NCBI GenBank assembly: GCA_035553115.1
Contig: DATNED010000156.1
Span: 5,781-69,780, forward strand
Direction: 5' to 3'
Length of the DNA: 64,000 bases
Origin: Terriglobales bacterium
Lineage (GTDB): Bacteria; Acidobacteriota; Terriglobia; Terriglobales; SCQP01
Below, piece after piece: positions 20,501-29,388 of this stretch (position 1 is the first letter of the stretch; each line of letters opens with the position of its first letter). The position numbers and the translations under genes were made by a program. The notes below the pieces were generated by a model, which saw only the letters and a program-made list of their open reading frames with translations, did not search any database and was not told the origin of the DNA.

Positions 20501-21428
20501 CCGGGAAGCGCCGGCCCTCGTAGTTGAAGAAATAGAAATCCTTGTCCTTGCGGATCGGACCGCCGAGTCTCGCGCCGAAGCGGTTGTCGGTGAACGGGGT
20601 GATCGGGATCGCCTGCCGGTTGTTGGTCCAGGAGTTGGCGTCGAAGTGCTGGTTCTGGTTGTACAGGTACGCCGAGCCGTGCAGATTATTGCTGCCGCGG
20701 CGGCCCACCAAAGTGATGTTGGCGCCGCTGGAATCATTGAAGCTGGCATTGTTGTTGGCGACGCCGACCCGGAATTCCTCGACGCTGTCCACCGGGGTCG
20801 GCAGCGCCTCCACCGAGGCGAAGGCGCCGGCCATGACGTGCCCGCTGATATCCACGCCGTCGAGCTTGATCGTGTTCTGATCGTCAATGGCGCCGTTCAC
20901 GCGCGTGGCGCTGCCCGAGCCCAGCGTTGCCGGCTGCAGGCCCAGCAGTTCGACCGTGTCGTGCTGCACCGTCGGCAAATGATCAATGCTGGCTTCGTCG
21001 ACCACATTGCCCACGGTCGCGTCCACGGTTTGCAGTTCGACCTGAGAATCTGCCGTCACCTCCACGGTCTGGCTCTGCTGCCCGACCGCAAGTCGCGGAT
21101 TGATGGTGAAGCTCTTGTTGACTTCAATCGCCAGCCCGGTGATGACGCGGCTCTGAAACCCGGGCGCGCTCACCGTAAGCGTATACGTGCCGGGCGCAAC
21201 TCCGGAGAACGTGTAGGCGCCGGTGGCATTGCTGCCTTGGTTCTGCACCAAGTTGGTGGCGCCGTTCTTGAGCTCAAGTTTCGCGCCCGGAATCGCCGCC
21301 CCGCTGGCATCGGTCACGGTGCCCACCAGTGCGCCTGCCGACGCCGTCTGCGCATGCGCCGGAGTCAACGACAAGGGAACCAGGAATGCGGCCAGGACCG
21401 CCAAGCTCAAACGAAAACCACGCATCAT
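17583..21428 (-). CDS. TonB-dependent receptor with an N-terminal carboxypeptidase-regulatory-like domain
   Basis: Start moved to ATG 21428 (MMRGFRLSLAVLAAFLVPLSLTPAHA signal peptide). CarboxypepD_reg-like segment GTVTDASGAAIPGAKLELKN...GTYTLTVSAPGF. About 1280 aa, ending in ...GLRLEF (aromatic terminus of an OM barrel). Confidence 0.85.
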   Translation of the reverse strand: MMRGFRLSLAVLAAFLVPLSLTPAHAQTASAGALVGTVTDASGAAIPGAKLELKNGATNLVQNQGSNATGAYTFSGVAPGTYTLTVSAPGFQSRVITGLAIEVNKSFTINPRLAVGQQSQTVEVTADSQVELQTVDATVGNVVDEASIDHLPTVQHDTVELLGLQPATLGSGSATRVNGAIDDQNTIKLDGVDISGHVMAGAFASVEALPTPVDSVEEFRVGVANNNASFNDSSGANITLVGRRGSNNLHGSAYLYNQNQHFDANSWTNNRQAIPITPFTDNRFGARLGGPIRKDKDFYFFNYEGRRFPATTTVTRTVPTANLRAGILTFQDASGATDTWNLATAQNCGPNGTTACDPRGIGISPAVSKLFAEDPVGNNSNAGDGLNTTGYTAPVKTPENTDYEVLRADHNFNASWQLHMSETYYRDLVTTNGQVNTLGGTVVGTLVQPKRATQFAGTLVGQISPNLLNTFTFGYMRDVSVSQPLTPTGAAALENLPGTNTADGFIALQTNALNLPIDNSAGSARYQWTKDVDMQWVDDATWIYGNHTYQFGADVRTFPTTHARNDKVVAGNSSLAAVLNASTFLSIPNADAPPTCTAALTTNCLPKSSTSTWNSLYSTMLGMVDNVNIEAARDSSLNPLPFGTTLQANANWQEYNFYGSDSWRATPALTLTYGLSYGWQTPPIERNQQQVLLESAGTGQVLTASGYLNAKAAAANQGQFYNPTLAYVPVQYTGQNVFRTDWSNIAPRFAGAWNPSFTGGLLGEVFGDRKSVLRGGLGMVYDRSNMVQNVEIPMLGVGFAQTLTVAKPLCTASGTPGTGCNAGIGTTADPAAASFRVGVDGTIPLPAFAPITNPQQGVIPGINGEQVSFQLDPNNKVGRSLTADLTLQRQLNRAMLLEVGWSGNFGRDLPEAINFNNAPYMFKDPASGQTFAQAYDAINAQLAQGVAASKVAAQPWFENLVPGGTDAFVGKNSSSFNSASVSTLFQSIDNLRLAQSLPTFDNQDVGTLFMRTHLGLSNYQAFIATLRMNPTHGLNFDFNYTRSKLLSNGLGDQDSAGFFADSFDPFRTYGIDSSDRTNTWNATYNYNLPHTSGAGWLDRLTSGWYHSGILTYASGAPLLVSEGGQVYGGGNLGLTNAADAIPTVNADALAGSIGIFPNVSGATIATRGNTSAGGLGLNVFSNPTSAFNSFRTVQISTDGRSGNANPLRGFGSWNWNAALGKSTALTERLNLAYSLQVFNVLNHPFWNDPRLGLFGTSPASFGVLTGKSGSRTMEMGLRLEF

Positions 21429-21554
21429 GACGCGACCTTCTTTCTCCGGGGGGAGCTTCTCCATCGGCTGGGGTGGAGGATGGTTCGGAGTATGGCACAT
21501 TCATCACATCATGGAGATTAATTTCGCCTGGGACCCACGTGGTAAATTCAGGGC

Positions 21555-22811
21555 GTGGCGCACGAAGCCCAGCGCAGCCGCTGGCACGCGGCCTGGACCT
21601 GGATGGATTTATGCTGGCTGGTATTTCTCGCCGGCCTCGCCCTGCTCCCTCCCCTCGGCGAAATCCACAAACAATTGATCTTGCTGGGCTTCGCGGTTTT
21701 CCAGATTCTTGAAGGCCGCTTGCTCCGCAAAATGACTTCTTGGAAAGGGCCGGCGCTGGCGGTCGCCGTCAAGCTCGCCCTCGCCACGCTCCTGATTGGG
21801 CACACCGGCGAGTTGGCGATCAACAGCCGCTACTACCCGATTTTCTACGTCCCCGTCGTCACCGCCGCCATGCTCTTCGGGCCCGCGGCCACGCTGGCCT
21901 GGACCGGCGCGACCTCGACGGCCTACCTGTCCTACTTGTGGCCGGCCTTGCAGGATTTTCGCATCGACGCCGCCGGCATCGAAGAGCTGGCGCTGCGCGT
22001 CCTCTTCTTGTTCTTGGTGGCGATGATCATCAACCGCTTCGTGATGGAGACCCGCGGCCAGCGCGACCTGTATCGCCACACCGCCGAAGACCTCGACGCC
22101 TCCAACCGTGAACTGCGCCGTGTCCAGGCCGATGCCCGTCGCGCCGAACGCCTGGCCGCCCTCGGCCAGCTCTCGGCCGGGCTCGCGCATGAAATCCGAA
22201 ATCCGCTGGCCGTGATCAAGGGCTCGGCCGAAATGCTCGAGCAGAATCTGCAGCATTCCGACGCCGTCTCGCGCGAGCTCGCCGGATACATCTCCAGCGA
22301 GGTGAACCGCGCCAACCAGCTCGTCAGCCGCTTCCTCGACTTCGCCCGCCCAGGCAAGCTCCATCGCGTCCCCACCGCGGTGGTCCCGCTGTTGGACCGT
22401 GCCCTCGAAGAGGCCTGTGCCCGCTGGCCGCAAAGCGCAGTCGCCGTCGAGCGCAGCTTCGACCCCGCCCTCGCCGACTTGCCCCTGGATGCGACCCTGA
22501 TGGAGCGGGCTTTCGCCAACCTCGCCTCCAACGCGTTCGAGGCCATGGCCAATCAAAATGGCCGCTTGCAGGTGGCGGCTGCCGCGGCTGCCAACGGGGG
22601 AGCTAGAATCGAGTTTCGCGACACCGGGCCTGGCGTGCCCGGCGAGTTGCGCGACCAGATTTTCAATCCCTTCTTCACCACCAAGCCCGCCGGTGTCGGC
22701 TTGGGTCTGGCGATCGTGGCTAAGATTGTGGATCAGCACGGCGGAACGCTGCGCCTCATCGAAGATGGCCGCGCCGGCGCCGCCTTCGAAATCGTGCTGC
22801 CTCCGGATTGA
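21555..22811 (+). CDS. Membrane sensor histidine kinase (NtrB/AtoS-like)
   Basis: H-box LAHEIRNPLAVIKG, N-box LASNAFEAM, then DTGPGVP and GVGLGLAIV. The N-terminal multi-TM region has no recognisable sensor domain. The track start is GTG 21555; an alternative ATG is at 21603 (MDLCWLVFLAG). Confidence 0.85.
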   Translation: MAHEAQRSRWHAAWTWMDLCWLVFLAGLALLPPLGEIHKQLILLGFAVFQILEGRLLRKMTSWKGPALAVAVKLALATLLIGHTGELAINSRYYPIFYVPVVTAAMLFGPAATLAWTGATSTAYLSYLWPALQDFRIDAAGIEELALRVLFLFLVAMIINRFVMETRGQRDLYRHTAEDLDASNRELRRVQADARRAERLAALGQLSAGLAHEIRNPLAVIKGSAEMLEQNLQHSDAVSRELAGYISSEVNRANQLVSRFLDFARPGKLHRVPTAVVPLLDRALEEACARWPQSAVAVERSFDPALADLPLDATLMERAFANLASNAFEAMANQNGRLQVAAAAAANGGARIEFRDTGPGVPGELRDQIFNPFFTTKPAGVGLGLAIVAKIVDQHGGTLRLIEDGRAGAAFEIVLPPD

Positions 22812-22817
22812 GACCCC

Positions 22818-24185
22818 ATGCCAACCATTCTGGTCGTGGATGACGAGGCCAAGATGCAGCGCCTGCTGGAGCTGCAGCTGGGCCAATGCGGCTTTGCGGT
22901 GATTACCGCCGGCGATGCCGAAGCGGGCTTGCATCGGCTCCGCGAGCAGCCGGTGGATCTGGTCGTCACCGACCTGCGGCTTCCCGGCGTGGATGGACTC
23001 GAGTTCCTGCACGCCGCCAAGCGCGAACATCCCGCGCTCCCGATTGTGGTGATGACCGCCCACGGCTCGGTCGAAACCGCCGTCGAGGCCATGAAGGCCG
23101 GCGCCAGCGACTATGTGCTCAAGCCGTTTCCCCTCGAAGAACTGCGGCTGGTCATTGATAAGGAGCTCGGTGTCGCCGGCCTGCGGCGCGAGAACGCTTC
23201 CCTGCGGGAGGCGCTCGGCGCCCGCTACGATTACCCCAACATTGTCGGCCGCAGCGCCAAAATGCAGGAGGTGCTCGCCCTGGTGGAACGCGTCGCCGCC
23301 ACCCAGTCCACCGTGCTGCTGCTGGGCGAGAGCGGCGTCGGCAAGGACTTGATCGCCCGCGCCCTGCATCAGCACTCCAAGCGCGCCCAAGGACCGTTCA
23401 TCAAGATCAACAGCGCTGCGATTCCCGAAACTCTTCTCGAAAGCGAATTGTTCGGCTATGAGAAAGGCGCCTTCACCGGCGCCACTCGCACCAAGCCCGG
23501 CAAGTTCGAGCTCGCAGACCAGGGCACGCTGTTTCTTGACGAGATCGGCGATGTTCCCATGGCGACCCAGGTCCGGCTGTTGCGCGTGCTTCAGGAGCGC
23601 GAATTCGAGCGCCTCGGCGGCACGCGAACCCAGAAAGTGGATGTCCGGCTCATTGCCGCCACCAACCGCAACCTGCGCGCTGCGCTCGAAGAGGGCACCT
23701 TCCGCGAAGATCTCTATTACCGGCTCAATGTCGTCCCCATTGATCTGCCGCCGCTGCGCGAGCACAAAGAGGACATCCCCGCGCTCGCGGAGTTTTTCAC
23801 CGCGAAGTTCGCCCGCGCCGCCGAAAAGCCTGTCCCCACGCTGAGCGCCGAAGCCTTGGCCAAGCTCACCGCCTTCGATTGGCCCGGCAACGTGCGGGAA
23901 CTCGAGAACGTGATCGAGCGCGCCGTTGCCTTGAGCGATGGCGGGGAATTGGTCGCGCGCGACATTCGCCTCGACCTGTTGGCTCAGCCCAAGTCCGCGC
24001 CGGCTTCGGCGCTGCTTCCCGACGGCTGGACTCTCGAGAAGTGGGAGCAAGAGGTCATCCGCGAAGCCCTCAAGCGCGCTGGCGGCAACAAGAGCCGGGC
24101 CGCGCGCCTGCTCGGCCTCTCGCGAAACGCCTTGCGCTACCGTCTCAGCACCATCGGCGTCGAGGACGAGGAAGCCCCTGGTTGA
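22818..24185 (+). CDS. Sigma-54-dependent response regulator (NtrC-family enhancer-binding protein)
   Basis: Receiver domain ([11 protein letters not shown]), AAA+ Walker A GESGVGKD, the sigma-54 contact loop GAFTGA, and a C-terminal Fis-type [21 protein letters not shown]. Confidence 0.92.
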   Translation: MPTILVVDDEAKMQRLLELQLGQCGFAVITAGDAEAGLHRLREQPVDLVVTDLRLPGVDGLEFLHAAKREHPALPIVVMTAHGSVETAVEAMKAGASDYVLKPFPLEELRLVIDKELGVAGLRRENASLREALGARYDYPNIVGRSAKMQEVLALVERVAATQSTVLLLGESGVGKDLIARALHQHSKRAQGPFIKINSAAIPETLLESELFGYEKGAFTGATRTKPGKFELADQGTLFLDEIGDVPMATQVRLLRVLQEREFERLGGTRTQKVDVRLIAATNRNLRAALEEGTFREDLYYRLNVVPIDLPPLREHKEDIPALAEFFTAKFARAAEKPVPTLSAEALAKLTAFDWPGNVRELENVIERAVALSDGGELVARDIRLDLLAQPKSAPASALLPDGWTLEKWEQEVIREALKRAGGNKSRAARLLGLSRNALRYRLSTIGVEDEEAPG

Positions 24186-24266
24186 AAACCACCACCGGCG
24201 GTGGATTGCGGCCATGAATCGCCGGCCGCGCTGGCGCATCTTGTTGAATAGACGGATCTTTGCATT

Positions 24267-24282
24267 TGGTTTGGTATTTGCA
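24267..24282 (+). promoter_or_regulatory. Candidate sigma-54 (-24/-12) promoter
   Basis: TGGTTTGGTATTTGCA compared with the consensus TGGCACG-N4-TTGCW. GG and GC have the correct spacing, TTGCA is perfect, and the G at position 7 is conserved. It ends 22 nt upstream of the ATG at 24305 (AGGAGG at 24294-24299) and lies directly downstream of the sigma-54 activator gene. Confidence 0.6.
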
Positions 24283-24304
24283 AAGAAACTGTCAGGAGGT
24301 GCCT

Positions 24305-26416
24305 ATGCGGCGGTTGTGGCTGGCAGTGGCGACAGTAGTGGTGAGTGCGCGTTTGGTGGGCGGTCAGGATGCGCCCCAAACCGCAGACCAGAATAATCCT
24401 CCCCAAGTCTCCGACGCCTTGGTGGCGCATATCAGCGCAATCAGCGGCAGCGTCTCGACCCAGCGCGGCGATACCAGCGAGTGGACCGCGGCCACCATGA
24501 ATGCGCCGCTGGTCAGCGGCGATAAAGTTGCCGCCGGCGCCGGCGGCCGCGCCGAGGTGCAGATTGACTACGCCGACCTGCTCCGCCTTGGCGACAATGC
24601 CCAAGCCAATCTGGTGAACCTCAGCAAGTCCCAGATTCAGATTCAGATGGCCTCCGGCCTCGCCGACTATGTTGTGCTCAAGGGCGCGCAGGCCAGCACC
24701 GAAATTGACACGCCCAACATCTCCATCCGGCCCCAGGGCGCCGCGGTCGTGCGCATTCAGATTCCATCCGACAGCGAGACCGAAGTCGTCGTGCGCAAAG
24801 GCGACGTGGACATCAGCACCCCCCAGGGCAGCACCACCCTGCATGAAGGGCAGCTGATTACGGTCCAGGGCACCGACACGCCCGAATACAAGATCAGTGA
24901 CGCGCCCAATGTGGATTCTTGGGACCAGTGGAATCAGCAGCGCGACAACGCGGCGCTGGATTCCGCCAGCGTGCGCAACACCAGTCCTTATTACACCGGT
25001 GCGCAGGACCTCGACAATTACGGCTACTGGACCGTTGTCCCCGGCTACGGCCAGGTTTGGGTGCCGAACAACCAAGATGGCTGGACGCCTTACAGCGACG
25101 GCCGTTGGGATTGGGAACCCTACTGGGGCTGGACCTGGGTAGGCTATGAGCCTTGGGGCTGGGCACCATACCACTACGGACGCTGGTTCGTCTACGGACC
25201 GCGCTGGGTGTGGTGGCCCGGGCCGGTGTCGCCCTACTACCGGCCGGTATGGGCGCCAGCGTACGTCTCCTTCTTCGGCTGGGGCGGCGGGTTCGGCGTG
25301 GGCGTGGGCTTCGGCCACATCGGCTGGCTGCCGATCGGTCCCTGCGACTCGTTCCGTCCGTGGTGGGGTGGCGGGCGCGGCTTCGAGCGCGTCAACATCA
25401 ACAACTTCAATGGCCGCTTCAATGATCGCGGCGGCCGCGTGATCGCACCGCTGGCGCGCGTCTCGCAGGGCCGCGTGGTCTACTCGAATCTGAACTCGAT
25501 GCGCACCGATGCCCGCGTCCGCGCGGCCATCATCCGCGTGCCTTCCAATGAATTCGGCCGTGGCGCCCTCTCGGCCCGCGAGCACGTCACCGCCGGCGAT
25601 CTGCGCTCAGGTTCGGTGATCGGCGGCAGGCTGCCGGTCACGCCCACCCGCGCAAGTTTGGGTTCCGAGCGTCGCGTGAGCCCATCCGCACTGCCGCAGC
25701 ATGCAGCCACCCACTTCTTCGGCAACGCCCATGCCGTCGCCCGGCCGGCATTCGGCGCAGAGCAAGCGCGCGTGCAACCCCGCGCGGCCGCCCGCGTGGC
25801 CGCCCCCGCAGCCGAAGGTTCAGCGCGGCCCGCCAACGGCTTCCGGCATTTCGAGGCGTCGGGCAATCTCCGCACTCAGGCCCACTCGCCCGAAGTCGGA
25901 CCCCGGAACGAGTCTCGCCCCGCCGCGCCGGCCGCGCAGCCCCGCGCCGGCTTCCAGCGCTTCGGTGGCAGTGCAGCTGCGCCATCGTCCAATCGGGTGC
26001 CGAGCAACGACATGCATCCGTTCACACCGCAGGCGCGTCCCGCCCAGCCAAATTCCCAGCCCGGCGCGCGTCCGGGATGGCAGCGCTTCCAGCCCGGCAC
26101 CGGCGCGGAATCGCGGAGCGGAAATCAATCCTTCAGCCGCGGCGGCATGCAGCCGCGCGAATCGCGCCCTCCGCTCTCAGTTGGACATTCCATCGTGAGC
26201 CAGCCCCGATCGGAGCCGTACCGGCCTGGCTACTCGCGCCCGGAGATGTCGCATCCCGATTATTCCCGGCCCGAAGTGTCGCGACCTGAGGTCTCCAGGC
26301 CTGAGATGTCCCGTCCGAGCGGCGGCGGCGCGCCCCGCGCCAGTGCAGCGCCCCGCAGCAACGGCGGTGGCGGCGGTGGCGGCGGGCATCCCGGTGGCGG
26401 CGGACACCGGCACTGA
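24305..26416 (+). CDS. Secreted FecR-like / Trp-rich (DUF6600-like) protein with a disordered repetitive C-terminus
   Basis: Start moved to ATG 24305 (MRRLWLAVATVVVSARLVGG), which has a strong SD. FecR-like segment ISGSVSTQRGD...LVSGDKVAAG...AEVQID. W/Y/G/P-rich block YGYWTVVPGYGQVWVP...WGWAPYHYGRWF. The last ~300 aa are Pro/Arg/Ser/Ala-rich. Confidence 0.65.
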   Translation: MRRLWLAVATVVVSARLVGGQDAPQTADQNNPPQVSDALVAHISAISGSVSTQRGDTSEWTAATMNAPLVSGDKVAAGAGGRAEVQIDYADLLRLGDNAQANLVNLSKSQIQIQMASGLADYVVLKGAQASTEIDTPNISIRPQGAAVVRIQIPSDSETEVVVRKGDVDISTPQGSTTLHEGQLITVQGTDTPEYKISDAPNVDSWDQWNQQRDNAALDSASVRNTSPYYTGAQDLDNYGYWTVVPGYGQVWVPNNQDGWTPYSDGRWDWEPYWGWTWVGYEPWGWAPYHYGRWFVYGPRWVWWPGPVSPYYRPVWAPAYVSFFGWGGGFGVGVGFGHIGWLPIGPCDSFRPWWGGGRGFERVNINNFNGRFNDRGGRVIAPLARVSQGRVVYSNLNSMRTDARVRAAIIRVPSNEFGRGALSAREHVTAGDLRSGSVIGGRLPVTPTRASLGSERRVSPSALPQHAATHFFGNAHAVARPAFGAEQARVQPRAAARVAAPAAEGSARPANGFRHFEASGNLRTQAHSPEVGPRNESRPAAPAAQPRAGFQRFGGSAAAPSSNRVPSNDMHPFTPQARPAQPNSQPGARPGWQRFQPGTGAESRSGNQSFSRGGMQPRESRPPLSVGHSIVSQPRSEPYRPGYSRPEMSHPDYSRPEVSRPEVSRPEMSRPSGGGAPRASAAPRSNGGGGGGGGHPGGGGHRH

Positions 26417-26421
26417 GCCCC

Positions 26422-26841
26422 TCAGGAACGCAACGTCACGAATCTTCCGCGGGCGCGGGCCAACACCGCGCCCGCCGCGTTGCGGATCTCGGCTCGCTGG
26501 TGCAGGTTGCGCCCTTCGCGCGAGACTTCGTTCGCTTCCACGGTGATCTCTTCGCCCGTCGCGATCGGTCGAAGATACTCGACCTGAAGTTCCGCCGTCA
26601 CCGCCCTGCCGCCGTTCAAGCGGTTGAGCTTGCCCATGGCTTCGTCAAGAATGAGCGCCGTTATGCCGCCGTGCAGAATGTGGTTGCTGCCCTGGTATTC
26701 GCGGTTGAGCGTGAAGCGGCCCGTGACGCGCCGCTGCTCGCGGTCAAGATCAAAGGCCAGGCGCAAGCTGCGTGGGTTCGCCGCGCCGCAGCCGATGCAA
26801 GGATTGTCCGCTTGAGGCTCGAGCCGTTCGATCATGCGCAC
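26422..26841 (-). CDS. PaaI-family (hotdog fold) thioesterase
   Basis: 139 aa. N-terminal CIGCGAANPRSLRL and the hotdog core ILHGGITALILDEAMG. GTG at 26841, or ATG at 26835. Confidence 0.7.
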   Translation of the reverse strand: MRMIERLEPQADNPCIGCGAANPRSLRLAFDLDREQRRVTGRFTLNREYQGSNHILHGGITALILDEAMGKLNRLNGGRAVTAELQVEYLRPIATGEEITVEANEVSREGRNLHQRAEIRNAAGAVLARARGRFVTLRS

Positions 26842-26881
26842 GCCATGCTACCACGCGTCCACAAAGTTTGAGGCCGCTTCT

Positions 26882-26927
26882 GGCAGCAGGGCCCGAGGAC
26901 AACGCCAGACGCCCCGTATCGCCCCGC
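26882..26927. repeat. Intergenic repeat, copy A (short form: left module directly joined to right module)
   Basis: GGCAGCAGGGCCCGAG|GACAACGCCAGACGCCCCGTATCGCCCCGC. The last 35 nt are identical to 33745-33779. It lies between the lptD stop and the thioesterase start. Confidence 0.8.
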
Positions 26928-26936
26928 TCCGCTCCG

Positions 26937-29345
26937 CTAGAAGAGCCGGTCCTGGCGCTTCAAGTTGCCGAATGTCGCCACATTCGCCAGTGTGAAGCTG
27001 ATCAAGAATTGGTTCTCGCGGCGCACCGTCGCCAGCGAAAAGCGCCGGTACTCGGCCGAAAATCCGCAGCAGTCCCAGTTGTGGGAGGCCTGCACCGTGG
27101 TGTATTGCAGCTTTCCGGTGACGGCATCGTAGGCCACTGCGCTGGCGAAGCTGTATCCCGGCGCTGAAGCGTTTCCGATGCCTGCCGCCAGCCGCACCTG
27201 GTCAAATCGCGGTGATGCTTCGAGCGGCGACAGGCCCGCCGGCGAGCGCAGCAGATAGTGGCTCCCGGAGAAGAATCCCTTGCCAAAGTGAAAATTGCCG
27301 CTGAACGCGCTGGCCGCGACCTGATGCCCGGTGGGAGCGTAGTCCAGCCGCCACTCCCCGTCAAACCGCGTGAATGGAGAAACCCGCACCACCGAGCTCA
27401 ACGGCGAAAATTTCTGCGGCTCGGCTTCCAGTGCAAATGGCGAAAACAGTACGTTCGTGAGGAACACATTGCGCTCGCCAGGCTGCAGTGCGCCGCCAAA
27501 GGAGGGTTCGAAGTATCGCTTTTGCAGCAGCGTCCAGGAAACCAACTCCCGCGAGCTCCCAGGCTGCGCGCCAGCCGCCAGCAGCCGATTCGTGAACCCG
27601 TACTCCAGCTCGCGCGTGTTGCTCAAGATATCCGTGCTGTCGAAGCGGATGATCTGATTGGCGTCGTCCACCCCGCCGACGGCGTGGAAGCCCACCTCGG
27701 GCTCGAAAACGTGCTCGACGCGTGGGCCCAGCCAGCCGCCGGGATCTTGGTAGATCCGCGCCAGCGCCGGCGGCCGCCACTCCAGATCGGCGTCATAGGC
27801 ATCGCGCCAGGTGTCGCCCGCCAGCAGTGTTGGCGCCGGATTGGCCGCCGCGTTGCCTTGAATTTGCTGGTGCTCGGAGTAGAACGTCGTCCGCATCGAC
27901 AAATCGCCGGTGAACGTGCCCACATCGGTGGTCACCGGCACGGTCAAATGCGGCGAGAAGTCGAGGCGTGGCAGCACCCCGGTTGAGAACCCGGGCTCGC
28001 TGCGATCGAGCGCCGCGCCGCTGGCGTCCCAGGAAAAATACACCGGCAACCGCCCCAGCGACTGGGCATAGGCATTCCAGTCGAGGCTCGGCAACGCCGC
28101 CAATGAGAGGTTCGAGTGCGGGCTGGGTCCGAGGAAATCCTGATACCGATGGAACTCGATGGTGAGGTCCTGGCCGTCGCGCTGGCGTTCGCTGAAGCCG
28201 GTCGAGATGGCTTCCGAATTGATGGCTTCTGCAAAGCTGTTCTTGAACACCAGGCGGTACAGGTACGACGACAGGTAATCCAGGTCGAGCACGCTGCGGA
28301 ATCCGGAGGCCGATTCGTGATCTCCGGTCACGTGCAATTCCTGCCCGCCCTGGCGGAGCCGCGCCCCGGCAGGCGTCAGCACGCCGCGGTCCAGCACTCC
28401 GTCCAGCTGCACATTGAAGGAGGAGTTGCGCGTGGGCAGGCTTTCAATCTGCAGGTGGTCGGCCCAGCCCCTTGTGGTATACAGCTCCGCGCCGGTGGTG
28501 ACGCTCAAATTCGGCGCTGCCGGCCAATAGAATGAATCCCCCAAAATGTATCCTTTGATATTGCTGTGACTGGCCACTGGCACGAGAACGCCGCTGTGGC
28601 GCCCCGTTCGCGTCGTCGAATGGGTGAGGAAGGGGGCAAAAAAGATCGGCACGTCGAAAAGCCGGAACACCGCGTGCCGCAGCGTGGCGTTCCCGCCCAG
28701 CTCGACATCCACTTCCCGCGCGCTCAGCGTCCATTTCGGATGCGGCAGCGTGCAGGAGGTCACCATCCCTGCTTCCACCCGATAGTGGTTCGCCCCCAGG
28801 CGAAGCAGCCGGCGGCCGGAAAAGATCAGCGGGTTGCTCGACGTTTCCGTGGCCTCGCGGCCGCGCATCCGAATGCCGCTCACCCCTTGAAAGTCGTCGA
28901 ATTCGCCGGTGCTGCTCAAGAGGTTGTACCGCCCCTTTTGCCCCTCGATGTGCACTTGCTCCTCCACGCTGTCGAATGCCACGTGCCCGCTGGCGGTGGC
29001 TTCGCCGCTGGCGACGTCATAGGTCATTTCGTCCGCGCTGAAGCGCAAGGAGGGGGTATTGATCTCGACGTGCCCTTCGGCGCGGTATTGGCGTTTGCCG
29101 GTCGCCACGATGGCGGTGATCCGATCGGCCTCAATCGTGACCGTGTCCCCCGGCTTCACCCCGCCGACCGCGCCGCCGGAAAGCGTCAGCCGCCGGGATT
29201 GCCGCGGAAGCGGTGCCCCGGTACCCATTTGGTTACGCTGCGAAGCCTGTGGAGGAACGGCGAGCGCGCTGGAGATCATCAAACTCGATGCGCCTGCGGC
29301 GATAATCAAGACTCGAAGCTTCGCCGCGCGCGAACCGAGGCCCAT
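26937..29345 (-). CDS. lptD: LPS-assembly outer-membrane protein LptD (OstA family)
   Basis: The ATG at 29345 gives the signal peptide MGLGSRAAKLRVLIIAAGASSLMISSALA; an alternative ATG is at 29360. OstA_N-like segment VTIEADRITA...AEGHVEINTPSLRFSADEMTYD...GHVAFD, followed by a large C-terminal barrel. Confidence 0.8.
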   Translation of the reverse strand: MGLGSRAAKLRVLIIAAGASSLMISSALAVPPQASQRNQMGTGAPLPRQSRRLTLSGGAVGGVKPGDTVTIEADRITAIVATGKRQYRAEGHVEINTPSLRFSADEMTYDVASGEATASGHVAFDSVEEQVHIEGQKGRYNLLSSTGEFDDFQGVSGIRMRGREATETSSNPLIFSGRRLLRLGANHYRVEAGMVTSCTLPHPKWTLSAREVDVELGGNATLRHAVFRLFDVPIFFAPFLTHSTTRTGRHSGVLVPVASHSNIKGYILGDSFYWPAAPNLSVTTGAELYTTRGWADHLQIESLPTRNSSFNVQLDGVLDRGVLTPAGARLRQGGQELHVTGDHESASGFRSVLDLDYLSSYLYRLVFKNSFAEAINSEAISTGFSERQRDGQDLTIEFHRYQDFLGPSPHSNLSLAALPSLDWNAYAQSLGRLPVYFSWDASGAALDRSEPGFSTGVLPRLDFSPHLTVPVTTDVGTFTGDLSMRTTFYSEHQQIQGNAAANPAPTLLAGDTWRDAYDADLEWRPPALARIYQDPGGWLGPRVEHVFEPEVGFHAVGGVDDANQIIRFDSTDILSNTRELEYGFTNRLLAAGAQPGSSRELVSWTLLQKRYFEPSFGGALQPGERNVFLTNVLFSPFALEAEPQKFSPLSSVVRVSPFTRFDGEWRLDYAPTGHQVAASAFSGNFHFGKGFFSGSHYLLRSPAGLSPLEASPRFDQVRLAAGIGNASAPGYSFASAVAYDAVTGKLQYTTVQASHNWDCCGFSAEYRRFSLATVRRENQFLISFTLANVATFGNLKRQDRLF

Positions 29346-29388
29346 GGGCCAAAGTACCATGCCCGCTGCGAAGCCAGGCTTGCTCCAG

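Noticed and set aside
21493-21508. Perfect TGGCAC (-24-like) hexamer upstream of the sensor kinase gene
   Set aside because: The position where the -12 element should be reads TCACA and lacks the invariant GC, so this is not a credible sigma-54 promoter.
24186-24215. CCACC-GGC-GGTGG hairpin just after the sigma-54 regulator stop as a terminator
   Set aside because: It has only a 5-bp stem and no downstream T tract, so it is too weak to call.
21609-24239. 876-aa minus-strand ORF opposite the kinase and sigma-54 regulator genes
   Set aside because: It is antisense to two genes with complete catalytic motif sets. The composition is low-complexity (G/A/R/E/L) and there is no start context.
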